A stretch of DNA of 64,000 nucleotides from Spirochaetales bacterium. GTDB taxonomy: Bacteria > Spirochaetota > Spirochaetia > SZUA-6 > RPPD01. A program made the position numbers and the translations under genes. Where the stretch lies: positions 106,730-170,729 of the forward strand of contig JAFGJO010000009.1 in NCBI GenBank assembly GCA_016929065.1. Reading direction: 5' to 3'. The stretch's first letter is position 1. Each line of letters starts with the position of its first letter. The notes below the pieces were generated by a model. It was not told the DNA's origin. It worked only from the letters and a program-made list of their open reading frames with translations, and did no database searches. Shown in pieces: positions 26,452-35,603 of the stretch.

Positions 26452-27472
26452 ATTGTGCCTGCTGAATAATAAATGGTTTTGGCTGGATAAGCGAACTCAA
26501 CGGCGGAACCACCTTTTTAAAACTCCACGACATTGAAGTATAGAAATAAGGACGCGCCGGATCGGTTATGTACAGAACTGAATTATTTTCCTTTGCGCGG
26601 CCGACGACTGATAATGTATGGTTTATCCCCCCCTTCAATTTCAGGGAGACGGTCGCCAATGGCATTGCCGTATTTATCGGATATTGATCCGGATTGACGA
26701 GAATATCTTCTGTTCTGAAATCATAAATAGCATACAAGAGCTGATTGACTGCATCCATGGAGAGTGTCGCAGAGGGATCACCGGCAACAGTGAACTTTGA
26801 CCTGTTTTCCGTTCTGGTGTGCTCTATTGTATATGCGGTGAGTGTGCCCATTTTTGCGAGATCCAGATTTCCCGTCTCGTCGAAGGCGAGTGTACTTCTG
26901 ATCGATATCGCCTCAAGATCATTGATCGCAACTTGTTCCTGAATAAATTTCTTTGCCGCCCACTCGCGTGTTCTGCTGGTAAAAACAATCCGGTCAGCGG
27001 TCTGGATGACCTCATCGGAATTGTTCAGCCTGACATACTCGGAAATGCCGTCACTGCCGGACTTTCCAATATATATGTCTATAAGGACGTTTTCATCCTG
27101 CGACAACACTGTGTGCACCGCATTGACCGGATCAACTTCGAACTGGGTCCAGGTATCGGGGAGTTGTGAGGCGATCCTGTTTTGTTTGATGGAGGTAACG
27201 CTTTTCAGTAATTGTTCGATTTCCTCATTATCACCGGGAAACTCTTTTCCCTGTACCACAACATTCCATTGGTCGCCCGTTTTTTTCAGGGTAATAGAGC
27301 CGTTTTTATCGGTAATCGTGACCAAGTTTATCTTTCCGGCATCAAGTTCCGGAAACAGTGCAACGGTCGTGGCACCGAATGTCGCGTTTGAAATAACCAA
27401 ACCGGCGATGTATAAAAGAATAAGGCCGCCAATAATAGAGCCGAAAATGATCACCTTCTGTTTAAATTCCAT
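26450..27472 (-). CDS. DUF4340-like protein (accessory component of GldG-type ABC systems)
   Basis: N-terminal TM anchor (VIIFGSIIGGLILLYIAGLV), then a beta-rich soluble region. Last gene of the ABC operon. The ATG at 27472 follows AGGAGA with 7-nt spacing. Family call rests on context and size. Confidence 0.6.
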   Translation of the reverse strand: MEFKQKVIIFGSIIGGLILLYIAGLVISNATFGATTVALFPELDAGKINLVTITDKNGSITLKKTGDQWNVVVQGKEFPGDNEEIEQLLKSVTSIKQNRIASQLPDTWTQFEVDPVNAVHTVLSQDENVLIDIYIGKSGSDGISEYVRLNNSDEVIQTADRIVFTSRTREWAAKKFIQEQVAINDLEAISIRSTLAFDETGNLDLAKMGTLTAYTIEHTRTENRSKFTVAGDPSATLSMDAVNQLLYAIYDFRTEDILVNPDQYPINTAMPLATVSLKLKGGINHTLSVVGRAKENNSVLYITDPARPYFYTSMSWSFKKVVPPLSSLIQPKPFIIQQAQ

Positions 27473-27494
27473 AATTGTGTCTCCTGCGCTTTCG

Positions 27495-29078
27495 TTACTC
27501 ATTCTTTGCTTTTTTTCGTAGCATGTATTTGATAATGCCAAATAACACAACGAGAAGCGGAATGATGATAAGATTAAAGTACGTGGCAAAACCTGCAGCT
27601 GCTTCAGCCTCTTCGGGCTTTTGTATTTTACTTAAAGACGAGTCGCGGCTTGCCCGGGTTTTAATGGCAATAAGGTCTTCGGAATTTGTCAGCCACTCGA
27701 TACATGTTTTGAAATATGAAAAATTGCTCCAGTAATAATTTGATCCCTGGAGTCCCATCAAATCGATGGTGGCCGGGTCAATAAAGTTGGAACTTCCCAC
27801 GACAATAATCCGGGAGGGAATGCTGTTGTAGACTGCATTGACTCCGGAGTCTTTCTTTGATTCAGGAAGCTCCCTTCCCTGGAAAAAACTGGGAAAACTG
27901 CCGGATAATGCCACAACAAGCGGCTGGGAGGCAGCGGATGGCGAGAGGGTTTGATACAGATTCGCGGAGTTTTGCGGATTGATATCCAATTGATCCTGAA
28001 CCCGAACACTGGCTGCAGAGGAGGAAGTGAGCGGCTCAGCCTTTACACCAACAGGCGGGACAAGTTCTATGGGGCTTGCCCATTCAAAAACAACCGGCGC
28101 GAAGTTTGCCGTGATGGGATTTTCCTTTGAGGCGTATTCTGCGAATGTCCTGAAAAAATAATTGTAGACATATGACTGTCTTCCATCATGAATCGGTGCG
28201 AATGCATCATCGCCTTCCATAACCAATGCCGGCGGTATTTTTGCGCCATACTGTTCAAGCATTGTAACGAGGTTGGAATCCATATGGGGAATCGCCTGTC
28301 CCTGCTGCTGCATGATGAATACAGAATCAATCGAGAAAAATGCTTTCCCGCCCCTCATAATATACTGGTCAATCTCGAACAGTTCAGATTCGGTAAAATC
28401 CGGTGTTCCCACGATGAACAACGCGTCAATGGAATCCGGAATGGATTCACCGGGATTGAACATTTCAGCGGTAATGGCGGGTTCAAACTCCGACTGGAGG
28501 ACAGATTGAAATGTGCTGTTGTTCCAGTTCGGTTTGTTGATGATATATCCGACTGTCTTTTTCTTGTTTTCAATTATAGAGAGAATAAAAGCAGTCAAAT
28601 TGTATTCGAGCGTCTCAATTGACTGGATACGGGCAATGGGAATTTTCTTGTCCTGATACTCAATCAGGAGTCCTGACGCTGCCAGAAACACATATGCGGA
28701 ATCTTTTCCGGATTTTTCACCGGCATCCCAAATATAGATTCCGTTCGATCTTGCCTGATTTTCAATTTCCGCACTCGAGCCGGGATCAAGGACGGTGAGT
28801 TTCACTTTTCCTTCCGAGCTGGCGGCATATTCTTTCAGGATATCCTCTATTTGCCGGAATATGACGTTTGATGTCTTCAACTTTTCCGCCAAAAAATAGG
28901 TGATGGTCAGCTGATCGGGCAGCCGGCGCATGATTTTTTTTGAGCTTTCCTGAATGGTGTACACTTTGGTCTCGGTAATATCCAGCCGGGCGGAAAATAT
29001 TGTAGAGTTCATTGCAACGAGTATAAGCACTGCAATGAACATGAATGTTATTATCAGGGTTTGTTTTTTCTTGTTCAT
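27495..29078 (-). CDS. GldG-family ABC-transport auxiliary protein
   Basis: About 527 aa with N- and C-terminal TM anchors and a large extracytoplasmic domain. Sits immediately downstream of the ABC-2 permease, as in gldA/F/G clusters. The ATG at 29078 follows GAGGAG with 7-nt spacing. Confidence 0.65.
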   Translation of the reverse strand: MNKKKQTLIITFMFIAVLILVAMNSTIFSARLDITETKVYTIQESSKKIMRRLPDQLTITYFLAEKLKTSNVIFRQIEDILKEYAASSEGKVKLTVLDPGSSAEIENQARSNGIYIWDAGEKSGKDSAYVFLAASGLLIEYQDKKIPIARIQSIETLEYNLTAFILSIIENKKKTVGYIINKPNWNNSTFQSVLQSEFEPAITAEMFNPGESIPDSIDALFIVGTPDFTESELFEIDQYIMRGGKAFFSIDSVFIMQQQGQAIPHMDSNLVTMLEQYGAKIPPALVMEGDDAFAPIHDGRQSYVYNYFFRTFAEYASKENPITANFAPVVFEWASPIELVPPVGVKAEPLTSSSAASVRVQDQLDINPQNSANLYQTLSPSAASQPLVVALSGSFPSFFQGRELPESKKDSGVNAVYNSIPSRIIVVGSSNFIDPATIDLMGLQGSNYYWSNFSYFKTCIEWLTNSEDLIAIKTRASRDSSLSKIQKPEEAEAAAGFATYFNLIIIPLLVVLFGIIKYMLRKKAKNE

Positions 29079-29089
29079 CGGGAATCTCC

Positions 29090-29815
29090 TCATGACCATT
29101 TCTTGAATATGAGTGTTCTGGTATTCAGATACAGAAAAAAGACACTCATGATGATATAAAACAGCAGATCCTGGGTATCAATCAATCCGTTGCTCAGTGT
29201 TTCATAATGAGTTCGGAATGAGAACCAGCCGACGAATCCGGCAATTGCCGGGACCGGAATCGCCTGTTGTATGAAATCGGTGACGATAATGATAAAAAAC
29301 AGGCTGACAGTACTCAAAATGAATGAAATAATCTGGTTTGTCGAAAGCGCGGAAATGAATAATCCGAGAGAGATACATGCGGCGCCAAAGAATACAACAC
29401 CGATATACTGGCCTATTATCTGACCCCACTCAAAATCTCCCAAAGCGCTCAAAGCGAGCGGAATGGGAAGCGTGAGGACCAGCATGGCAGTCAGCAAAAT
29501 AAACGGTGCAATAAACTTTCCGATTACCAGCTCAACTTCCCGGAATGGAAGCGTGAGCAATATCTCATCGGTCCGCATTTTTTTTTCTTCTGCCCAGCTG
29601 CGCATGGTCAGCGCAGGGATGACAAACATAAACACAAAGGGAATAACGCTGAAAAAAATCAACAGATCGGCTGCATTACGGTCAATAAAACGCTGGATAA
29701 AAAAAAGCCAAACTGACATGAATACAAGGAATAATCCCGTGATGATGTAGGCAACCGGGGAGTTGTAAAATCCATTTAGTTCCTTCTTCGTGATGGTGAG
29801 AATGCGTTCGAACAT
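29090..29815 (-). CDS. ABC-2 type transporter permease (GldF-like)
   Basis: About 241 aa with 6 TM segments and the typical ABC-2 N-terminus ITKKELNGFYNSPVAYI. The ATG at 29815 abuts the ATPase stop (TAACATG). Confidence 0.8.
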   Translation of the reverse strand: MFERILTITKKELNGFYNSPVAYIITGLFLVFMSVWLFFIQRFIDRNAADLLIFFSVIPFVFMFVIPALTMRSWAEEKKMRTDEILLTLPFREVELVIGKFIAPFILLTAMLVLTLPIPLALSALGDFEWGQIIGQYIGVVFFGAACISLGLFISALSTNQIISFILSTVSLFFIIIVTDFIQQAIPVPAIAGFVGWFSFRTHYETLSNGLIDTQDLLFYIIMSVFFLYLNTRTLIFKKWS

Positions 29816-29816
29816 G

Positions 29817-30758
29817 TTACGCCCCCTCTCTGGTGAGTTTGGTAAATATTTCTTCAAGACTGATCCGTTCGGGAATCATGGAGATAATAATATGGCCTTC
29901 GCGAACCGCCCAGTCAAAGATTTCCTTTTCAGCCGCTTCTTCGTTTTTCAAAGCCACTTTCAGAAAAAACTTGTCATCAGGCCGGGTTTCGCTTGAAATG
30001 ACCTTGTCAATGCTTTCACACTTCGCCAATGACTCTGCGATGCCATCGGTACTTTTTACTTTCAATGTCAGTGCCAGTATTGCTTCTCCGCGGAGTTCCT
30101 GGGCAATTTCCTCTGTGGTGCCTTTTGCGATGATCCTGCCTTCATTGAGTATCAGGACTCTGTTGCACATGGCTTCCACTTCTTGCAGGATGTGCGTGGA
30201 GAGCATGATGGTTTTTTCTTTTCCCATTTTGGATATCACATCCCTGATTTCAATAATCTGATTTGGATCGAGTCCGGATGTCGGTTCATCGAGTATCAGT
30301 ATATCCGGGTTATGAATAATCGCCTGGGCAAGGCCGACGCGTTGCCGGTATCCCTTGGATAATTCGGAAATATCCCGCTGAATGACTTTTTCAAGGCCGC
30401 ACTCATCAATAACCCGCTCGATCTCCTGCTTTTGTCTGTTTTTCCTGACTAGACGGGCATCGGCGATAAAAGAAAGATATTCCAGAACATTCAAATCATC
30501 GTAAAGCGGGGTGCTCTCGGGAAGAAACCCGATGATGGTCTTCGCTTCAACAGGATTTTCCACGACGTTATAATTGCCGAGGATCGCAGTTCCGGATGTA
30601 GGATACATGTAGCCGGTGAGGATTTTCATGATGGTTGTTTTTCCGGCTCCATTCGGACCCAACAGCCCGACGATTTCACCTTTTCCGATGTTGAAATCTA
30701 CCCCTTTTACTGCTTCAAAATCCCCATAATTCTTGACGAGATTTTTCGCTTCAATCAT
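29817..30758 (-). CDS. ABC transporter ATP-binding protein (GldA-like)
   Basis: Walker A GPNGAGKTT, signature LSKGYRQRV, Walker B ILILDEPTSGLD. The ATG at 30758 follows GGAG with 5-nt spacing. Confidence 0.9.
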   Translation of the reverse strand: MIEAKNLVKNYGDFEAVKGVDFNIGKGEIVGLLGPNGAGKTTIMKILTGYMYPTSGTAILGNYNVVENPVEAKTIIGFLPESTPLYDDLNVLEYLSFIADARLVRKNRQKQEIERVIDECGLEKVIQRDISELSKGYRQRVGLAQAIIHNPDILILDEPTSGLDPNQIIEIRDVISKMGKEKTIMLSTHILQEVEAMCNRVLILNEGRIIAKGTTEEIAQELRGEAILALTLKVKSTDGIAESLAKCESIDKVISSETRPDDKFFLKVALKNEEAAEKEIFDWAVREGHIIISMIPERISLEEIFTKLTREGA

Positions 30759-30850
30759 AGGCACTCCAATGTATTTAGTTTTCTAAGCCAAAAATTTTAT
30801 GTTTTTACTGAATGATGCTTAGATGATTGTTTTTTACTGATGCGGATAAT

Positions 30851-30879
30851 AAGATATAAATTCTCACCGGTTTGGTCAA
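30851..30879 (-). promoter_or_regulatory. Candidate sigma70-type promoter for the ABC operon
   Basis: On the minus strand: TTGACC (30879-30874), 17-nt spacer, TATCTT (30856-30851), about 90 nt upstream of the ATG at 30758. Confidence 0.35.
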
Positions 30880-30944
30880 GGTGAGGGCGGCCACCGGAAT
30901 TATGGTTTCAACATGGTTGCTTAACTAAAACGGGGGGAATAAAA

Positions 30945-31871
30945 TTATTCCGGATTGGGGACGTCAATGATCTGCCGGTCATGGGTGAGAAATGTTTCCG
31001 GGAATATTTCCTGTGCTTCGCTTAAAAGCTGCTGCAGCTCCTTTTTTGTATAGCGCGGGCTGTAATGAATAAGTCCCAGAGACCGGACATGCGCCTTTTC
31101 GGCAATATGGGCGGCTTGTGTTGAAGTGAGATGTTTTTTTTCAAGCGCGCTTTCCTGGAGTTCCCGGGTGAACATGCCTTCACAGATAAATAAATCAGAG
31201 TTTTTTACTTCATGTGCAATAGAATCGAGATGCATGGTGTCGGTGACAAAGCTGAATTTTGTTCCACTCCGTTCAGGGCCCATCACAGCATCCGGGGATA
31301 CAGTTTTTCCGGCATTGTTTTTCACCTGCTTCCCCTGCTGCAGCTGGGACCAGAGCGGGCCGCAGGGGACACCCAGGGCTGTGGCCTTCTCTGGATAAAA
31401 AATGCCCGGCCGGACTGTATCTTCAACCGTGTATCCAAGGCATGGCTTTGAGTGCTTCAGCGGAAAGGCGCGTACCTGATAATCGGGGGTTGAGCAAACA
31501 ATCCCGCTTCCGGAAAGTTCTGTGACGATAATCTCATAATTGATGTACATATCAAGAATGGTTTTGCTGGCTTCGATATATTCTTTTATTTTTGGCGGTC
31601 CGTAAATATATAGCGGCTCATCACGCTCAACCTGAGAGGAGAGCATGAGAATACCGGGGAGCCCGGTAATATGGTCGGCGTGGGTATGCGATATAAAGAT
31701 TGAGGAAATCTTTTTCCACTTGAGATTGAGCTTTTTCAATGAAATTTGAGTACCCTCGCCGCAGTCGAAAAGCAGGAGCTCTCCTTCTTTCCGGTAGAGT
31801 ACCGAGGTGAGAAAACGGTTGGGGAGGGGCATCATCCCTCCGGTTCCCAGTATAAATGCTTCAAATGCCAT
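30945..31871 (-). CDS. rnz: Ribonuclease Z
   Basis: 308 aa metallo-beta-lactamase fold with HTHADHITG (HxHxDH) and overall RNase Z length and pattern (LGTGGMMP N-terminus). Confidence 0.85.
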   Translation of the reverse strand: MAFEAFILGTGGMMPLPNRFLTSVLYRKEGELLLFDCGEGTQISLKKLNLKWKKISSIFISHTHADHITGLPGILMLSSQVERDEPLYIYGPPKIKEYIEASKTILDMYINYEIIVTELSGSGIVCSTPDYQVRAFPLKHSKPCLGYTVEDTVRPGIFYPEKATALGVPCGPLWSQLQQGKQVKNNAGKTVSPDAVMGPERSGTKFSFVTDTMHLDSIAHEVKNSDLFICEGMFTRELQESALEKKHLTSTQAAHIAEKAHVRSLGLIHYSPRYTKKELQQLLSEAQEIFPETFLTHDRQIIDVPNPE

Positions 31872-31883
31872 GAAAAACCTTAA

Positions 31884-32651
31884 TCAAGAGAGTTGTTTTA
31901 TTTCCTGCTCAAGCATCGATTGAAAGCAGAGAAAAATGAAGTCATGAATTTTATTTCTGACCGCAGGAATTATTGTGCCTTGATCAAAAATAATAATATA
32001 CACATCGTAATCATTTTGCCGATGGTCAATCCGTATCACATGCCCGTCCACTTTACAGCGAATTCCCCGTAAAATCAACTGAATATCCTTGAGTAACAGT
32101 CCAACTTCAACTTTTGGGGGGACATCTTCAAAGTAACAGGCAAAACCGGCTATACTGATATCCAGAATTTTTCCGTTATACCTGCTGCCTCCATGATAGA
32201 GATTAAAGGTGTCAATGCGGGAGTTGCACATCCCCCGGACGAACCTCCGTCTTCCCCGTGCTTCATTTGCATCGAGAGTACGCAGGATAATATCCCTGCA
32301 TTTTTCTATGGATGTCTTCAGGCGTATATAGCCGCACGTAATTCCCATCTCGAGAAGGTATTTTTCGGTGAGTGCCTGGTTACGGTCAAAATAGGTGAGA
32401 ATCCCGATTCCTGTTTCTTTTGTGTCGGGATTGGAAAGAATGTCCTTGATATACAGTTCCCATTCTTCCTCTTTGAGCCGTTCTTCAATATTGATAAAAA
32501 CAATTGCATTTTTGTTGAGGCGGAGCAGTTTTTTTAATGCCAGGTGATTATCTATTATATAGATTTCATATTCATAACGGATGATTTCCTTGATAAGGTC
32601 TTTCACCATCTGGTTTGGGTAGAGGAAATAAACTTTCCGGCCTGTCATCAT
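31884..32651 (-). CDS. PilZ domain protein with N-terminal receiver-like domain
   Basis: C-terminal PilZ motifs RRRFVR (RxxxR) and DISIAGF (DxSxxG), about 30 residues apart. The N-terminal ~120 aa have a CheY-like alpha/beta pattern with no obvious phospho-acceptor context. Confidence 0.75.
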   Translation of the reverse strand: MMTGRKVYFLYPNQMVKDLIKEIIRYEYEIYIIDNHLALKKLLRLNKNAIVFINIEERLKEEEWELYIKDILSNPDTKETGIGILTYFDRNQALTEKYLLEMGITCGYIRLKTSIEKCRDIILRTLDANEARGRRRFVRGMCNSRIDTFNLYHGGSRYNGKILDISIAGFACYFEDVPPKVEVGLLLKDIQLILRGIRCKVDGHVIRIDHRQNDYDVYIIIFDQGTIIPAVRNKIHDFIFLCFQSMLEQEIKQLS

Positions 32652-32790
32652 TGGGGCACCTTTCTATGCCTATTTTACTTATTTTTCAATTTTATACCAT
32701 AAAGTATAAATAAAATCGAAATATAATGTAGTCAAATTTTTATGAATTGAAAAGATGAAAAAGGTGTCTGTTTTAGCCGCCAGCATCACC

Positions 32791-32818
32791 TTGACATTAT
32801 CTCTTGGAGCAGTATTTT
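32791..32818 (+). promoter_or_regulatory. Candidate sigma70-type promoter for hslO
   Basis: TTGACA (32791-32796), 16-nt spacer, TATTTT (32813-32818), about 80 nt upstream of the ATG at 32901. Confidence 0.3.
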
Positions 32819-32900
32819 TTATTTGTCGGGCATTACTGCGGTACAAACAAAAATTGGCAGTACAAAACAGGCATACTGCTTTTTTATAAGAAGGGACTGA

Positions 32901-33821
32901 ATGGAAAAAAGAAAAATATACGGAAATACCATCAAAGAACGACTTCTTGCGAGTAAACGTGATAAAATGCATCAGTTTTTACTCGCGGATGGACAGATCC
33001 GGGGTGTTATTGTTCATGGGACAAAACTTGTGAATGAAATGCGCACCAATCATGAGCTCGGGATCCTGGAAACCATGATGTTGGGATATGGCTATCTTGG
33101 AACTCTGCTGTTGAGCTCCAGCCTCAAGGGAGAGGAGCGGGTTGTGCTGGAATTGTCGTGTGACGGTGCTTTGAAAGGAATGTCTGTAGAGGCAAATACC
33201 TTCGGGGAAGTCCGGGGCAGCCTGAAAGTAAAAAATATTCCTGTTCACGCACCGCTGGAAACTTATGATCTTTCCCCATTTATTGGAACAGGGATTCTTT
33301 CGGTGACAAAGTTTTTACACGACAGAAAACAGCCGTTTTCCGGAAAAGTTGAGTTTACTTCCGGGAGTTTTGCATACAACCTTGCAATGTATTCTCTTGA
33401 GTCTGAACAGATCCCGTCTTCTTATTCCTTGAGTGTCTGTTTTGATTCAGAAGCGAGTGTGACCGGCGCCGGCGGTTTGCTGGTACAGGCCATGCCCGGC
33501 GCAGACCCTGGTGTCATCACCGGGATGGAATCGATTGTGAACGAATTGCCCCCGATTGGAAAAGAATTTTCCGAGTCTGTATCTGCTGAAGGGTTTGTTC
33601 TCCAGAATTTTGCAATGTTTGATCCCCAATTTATTGCCGAGCGCCGGATCGTGTTTTATTGCCACTGCTCACGGGAAAGGTTTTATCGGTTTTTAAGCTG
33701 TCTTGACAGGCATGAGCTGTCGGATATTGCAGAAAATGGGCCCTTCCCGGTTGTCCTGACCTGTCATAACTGTAATACAAATTATAAGTTTGCACAGAAT
33801 GAAATAACTTTGTTATTATAA
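32901..33821 (+). CDS. hslO: Hsp33-family redox-regulated chaperone
   Basis: 306 aa. C-terminal zinc-centre cysteines CHCS ... CHNC (CxC...CxxC). The N-terminal pattern is typical of Hsp33. Confidence 0.85.
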   Translation: MEKRKIYGNTIKERLLASKRDKMHQFLLADGQIRGVIVHGTKLVNEMRTNHELGILETMMLGYGYLGTLLLSSSLKGEERVVLELSCDGALKGMSVEANTFGEVRGSLKVKNIPVHAPLETYDLSPFIGTGILSVTKFLHDRKQPFSGKVEFTSGSFAYNLAMYSLESEQIPSSYSLSVCFDSEASVTGAGGLLVQAMPGADPGVITGMESIVNELPPIGKEFSESVSAEGFVLQNFAMFDPQFIAERRIVFYCHCSRERFYRFLSCLDRHELSDIAENGPFPVVLTCHNCNTNYKFAQNEITLLL

Positions 33822-33849
33822 TTGCCGGTTTTTTGACTGAATCTTTCTT

Positions 33850-34947
33850 TTATATTTTAAACCGTGCATGCATCAGTATAATATTTTCCATTGCCATGTT
33901 AGAATAAAAGGTAACATCAAAATAACTGGATATTCCCATTATAAAGGTTTGTTCTTCGTTCAGGAAAAGCTCAATTCCTGCCATTCCATGTGCACCGGGA
34001 GCAAATGTAATGTCGGTAAAGAACACATTTGTAATATTCTGGTAATCAATAACATCAGCACGGTAATACACTCCGCCACCCAATATGACACCGAATGTGT
34101 CTGCAATTTTGAAATTTACGGCTGCAGTTCCCCGGAATTTTATAGAGTGGAAATGGACATTCGCGAGGACCGGAGTATTTCGTGCAAAAGAATAGTCAAA
34201 TCCGGCTGCCAAATGTAAATCCATGGCAAAAGACCCGCTGTTTAGTAATGGGAACCCGAAAGTAAATGATTGTTCGAAATTGAATTGCGGAACAAGATAA
34301 TCCTTCCATTCATGCATGAATATAAGGAAATACCCCATTCCAATCTGATACCCGAAAATACGGGCTTCTCTCTTTTTTGCGGCATCTATTCCATCACCGG
34401 GTTCTCCGGTTCCGTCACCCTCTGTCCCGGTACCCGCAGGGATTGCAGTTCCACTCTTGAAAACCGCCTGAATTTCGGTGTTGAGTTTTTCGGCAATTTT
34501 TTCAAGAAATACATCCGCACTGTTGGTGATTTCAGAGTAGCTGATTTGCCGTAAAATAGAGTTCTGGCTTTTACTGTAAAGGGAAAGTACGGCATAATAG
34601 GTACTGTTTGTTGTATCAATGGATATTGTTCCAAACACAAGGTATTCAATTTTTTCATAGAAACAGACAACCGATGCTTCAAGTTTTGAGGAGATGATCC
34701 TTCGCGACAGTATTTTCAGGGAAGCAGGGGATAACTGGGGAAGTGTTTTATAGGACACAGCAGGTGTCGCGAAAGCGACAATCTTGTCAAAAAATGCTGA
34801 AGAAATGTTTTCAGCCTCGGCCCGGTCAATTCTGCCCGCACCAAGGGACAAGGGTTTTACTTCCAAAGGAGCAATTACTATATTTTCTGTAAATGCCGAT
34901 ATCAATAGTATGAATGAAACAATGCTCAGTGTGATTATCTTCTTCAT
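33850..34947 (-). CDS. Hypothetical secreted protein, probable outer-membrane beta-barrel C-terminal half
   Basis: Signal peptide (MKKIITLSIVSFILLISAF). The C-terminal half has alternating hydrophobic, Gly and aromatic beta-strand patterns. No family recognised. Confidence 0.6.
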   Translation of the reverse strand: MKKIITLSIVSFILLISAFTENIVIAPLEVKPLSLGAGRIDRAEAENISSAFFDKIVAFATPAVSYKTLPQLSPASLKILSRRIISSKLEASVVCFYEKIEYLVFGTISIDTTNSTYYAVLSLYSKSQNSILRQISYSEITNSADVFLEKIAEKLNTEIQAVFKSGTAIPAGTGTEGDGTGEPGDGIDAAKKREARIFGYQIGMGYFLIFMHEWKDYLVPQFNFEQSFTFGFPLLNSGSFAMDLHLAAGFDYSFARNTPVLANVHFHSIKFRGTAAVNFKIADTFGVILGGGVYYRADVIDYQNITNVFFTDITFAPGAHGMAGIELFLNEEQTFIMGISSYFDVTFYSNMAMENIILMHARFKI

Positions 34948-35092
34948 TGTATATATATCCTTTGTCCCTTTATTATTATATGTCCATTTTCAACAAAATT
35001 CAAACAAGAATTGCAATTTCTCAAAAGTCTCTATTTCGGTTGATTTTTTGAAGAAATTGGTATATCATTAATTATCGGAGAGAATAATAATT

Positions 35093-35455
35093 ATGAAAAG
35101 AACAGTATTAATTTTATTTTTCTGCGTGTTGTGTATGTCTGTTTTTCAGGGCTGCGGACTTGACGGAAAAGTGTTCGTTGCCGTGCATTATTTTCAGAAT
35201 GATCCGGCAAATGCTCCGGATGTTATTACATCAGATATAACCAATCTTCCCGCGTTTGCGTCCCTCACCATGGGGAGATATTATGAAACCTTTCCAGGTA
35301 CATACAATTTTCAGACGACATTTGGTGCAGCAAATTATCCGGCAACCTTTGTTCTGACCGCAAAATCCACACCGATTGGTATCGAAAATACCTATTATGA
35401 TATTGTATGTTTATACGATACGACACCGGTAATCGCTGAATTTCCAAATTATTAA
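35093..35455 (+). CDS. Small putative lipoprotein
   Basis: 120 aa. Signal peptide with lipobox VFQGC. Confidence 0.6.
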   Translation: MKRTVLILFFCVLCMSVFQGCGLDGKVFVAVHYFQNDPANAPDVITSDITNLPAFASLTMGRYYETFPGTYNFQTTFGAANYPATFVLTAKSTPIGIENTYYDIVCLYDTTPVIAEFPNY

Positions 35456-35603
35456 TTCTTCTGCCCCCCTCCCATTTCTGCTTATCAGGTGATGGTTGCT
35501 TATATATATCCATCGCATTACCGGGAAGTGATTATTTCCTTTTGCCGTATAAATAGTTTGACCGATAATAAGGGTTATACTGTATAAACATTGGAAATAA
35601 TAT

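Noticed and set aside
30863-30885. CTCACC-N11-GGTGAG hairpin downstream of rnz, considered as an rnz terminator.
   Set aside because: The stem is short (6 bp) with an 11-nt loop and no clean U-run on the minus strand. It also overlaps the better-supported promoter candidate for the ABC operon.
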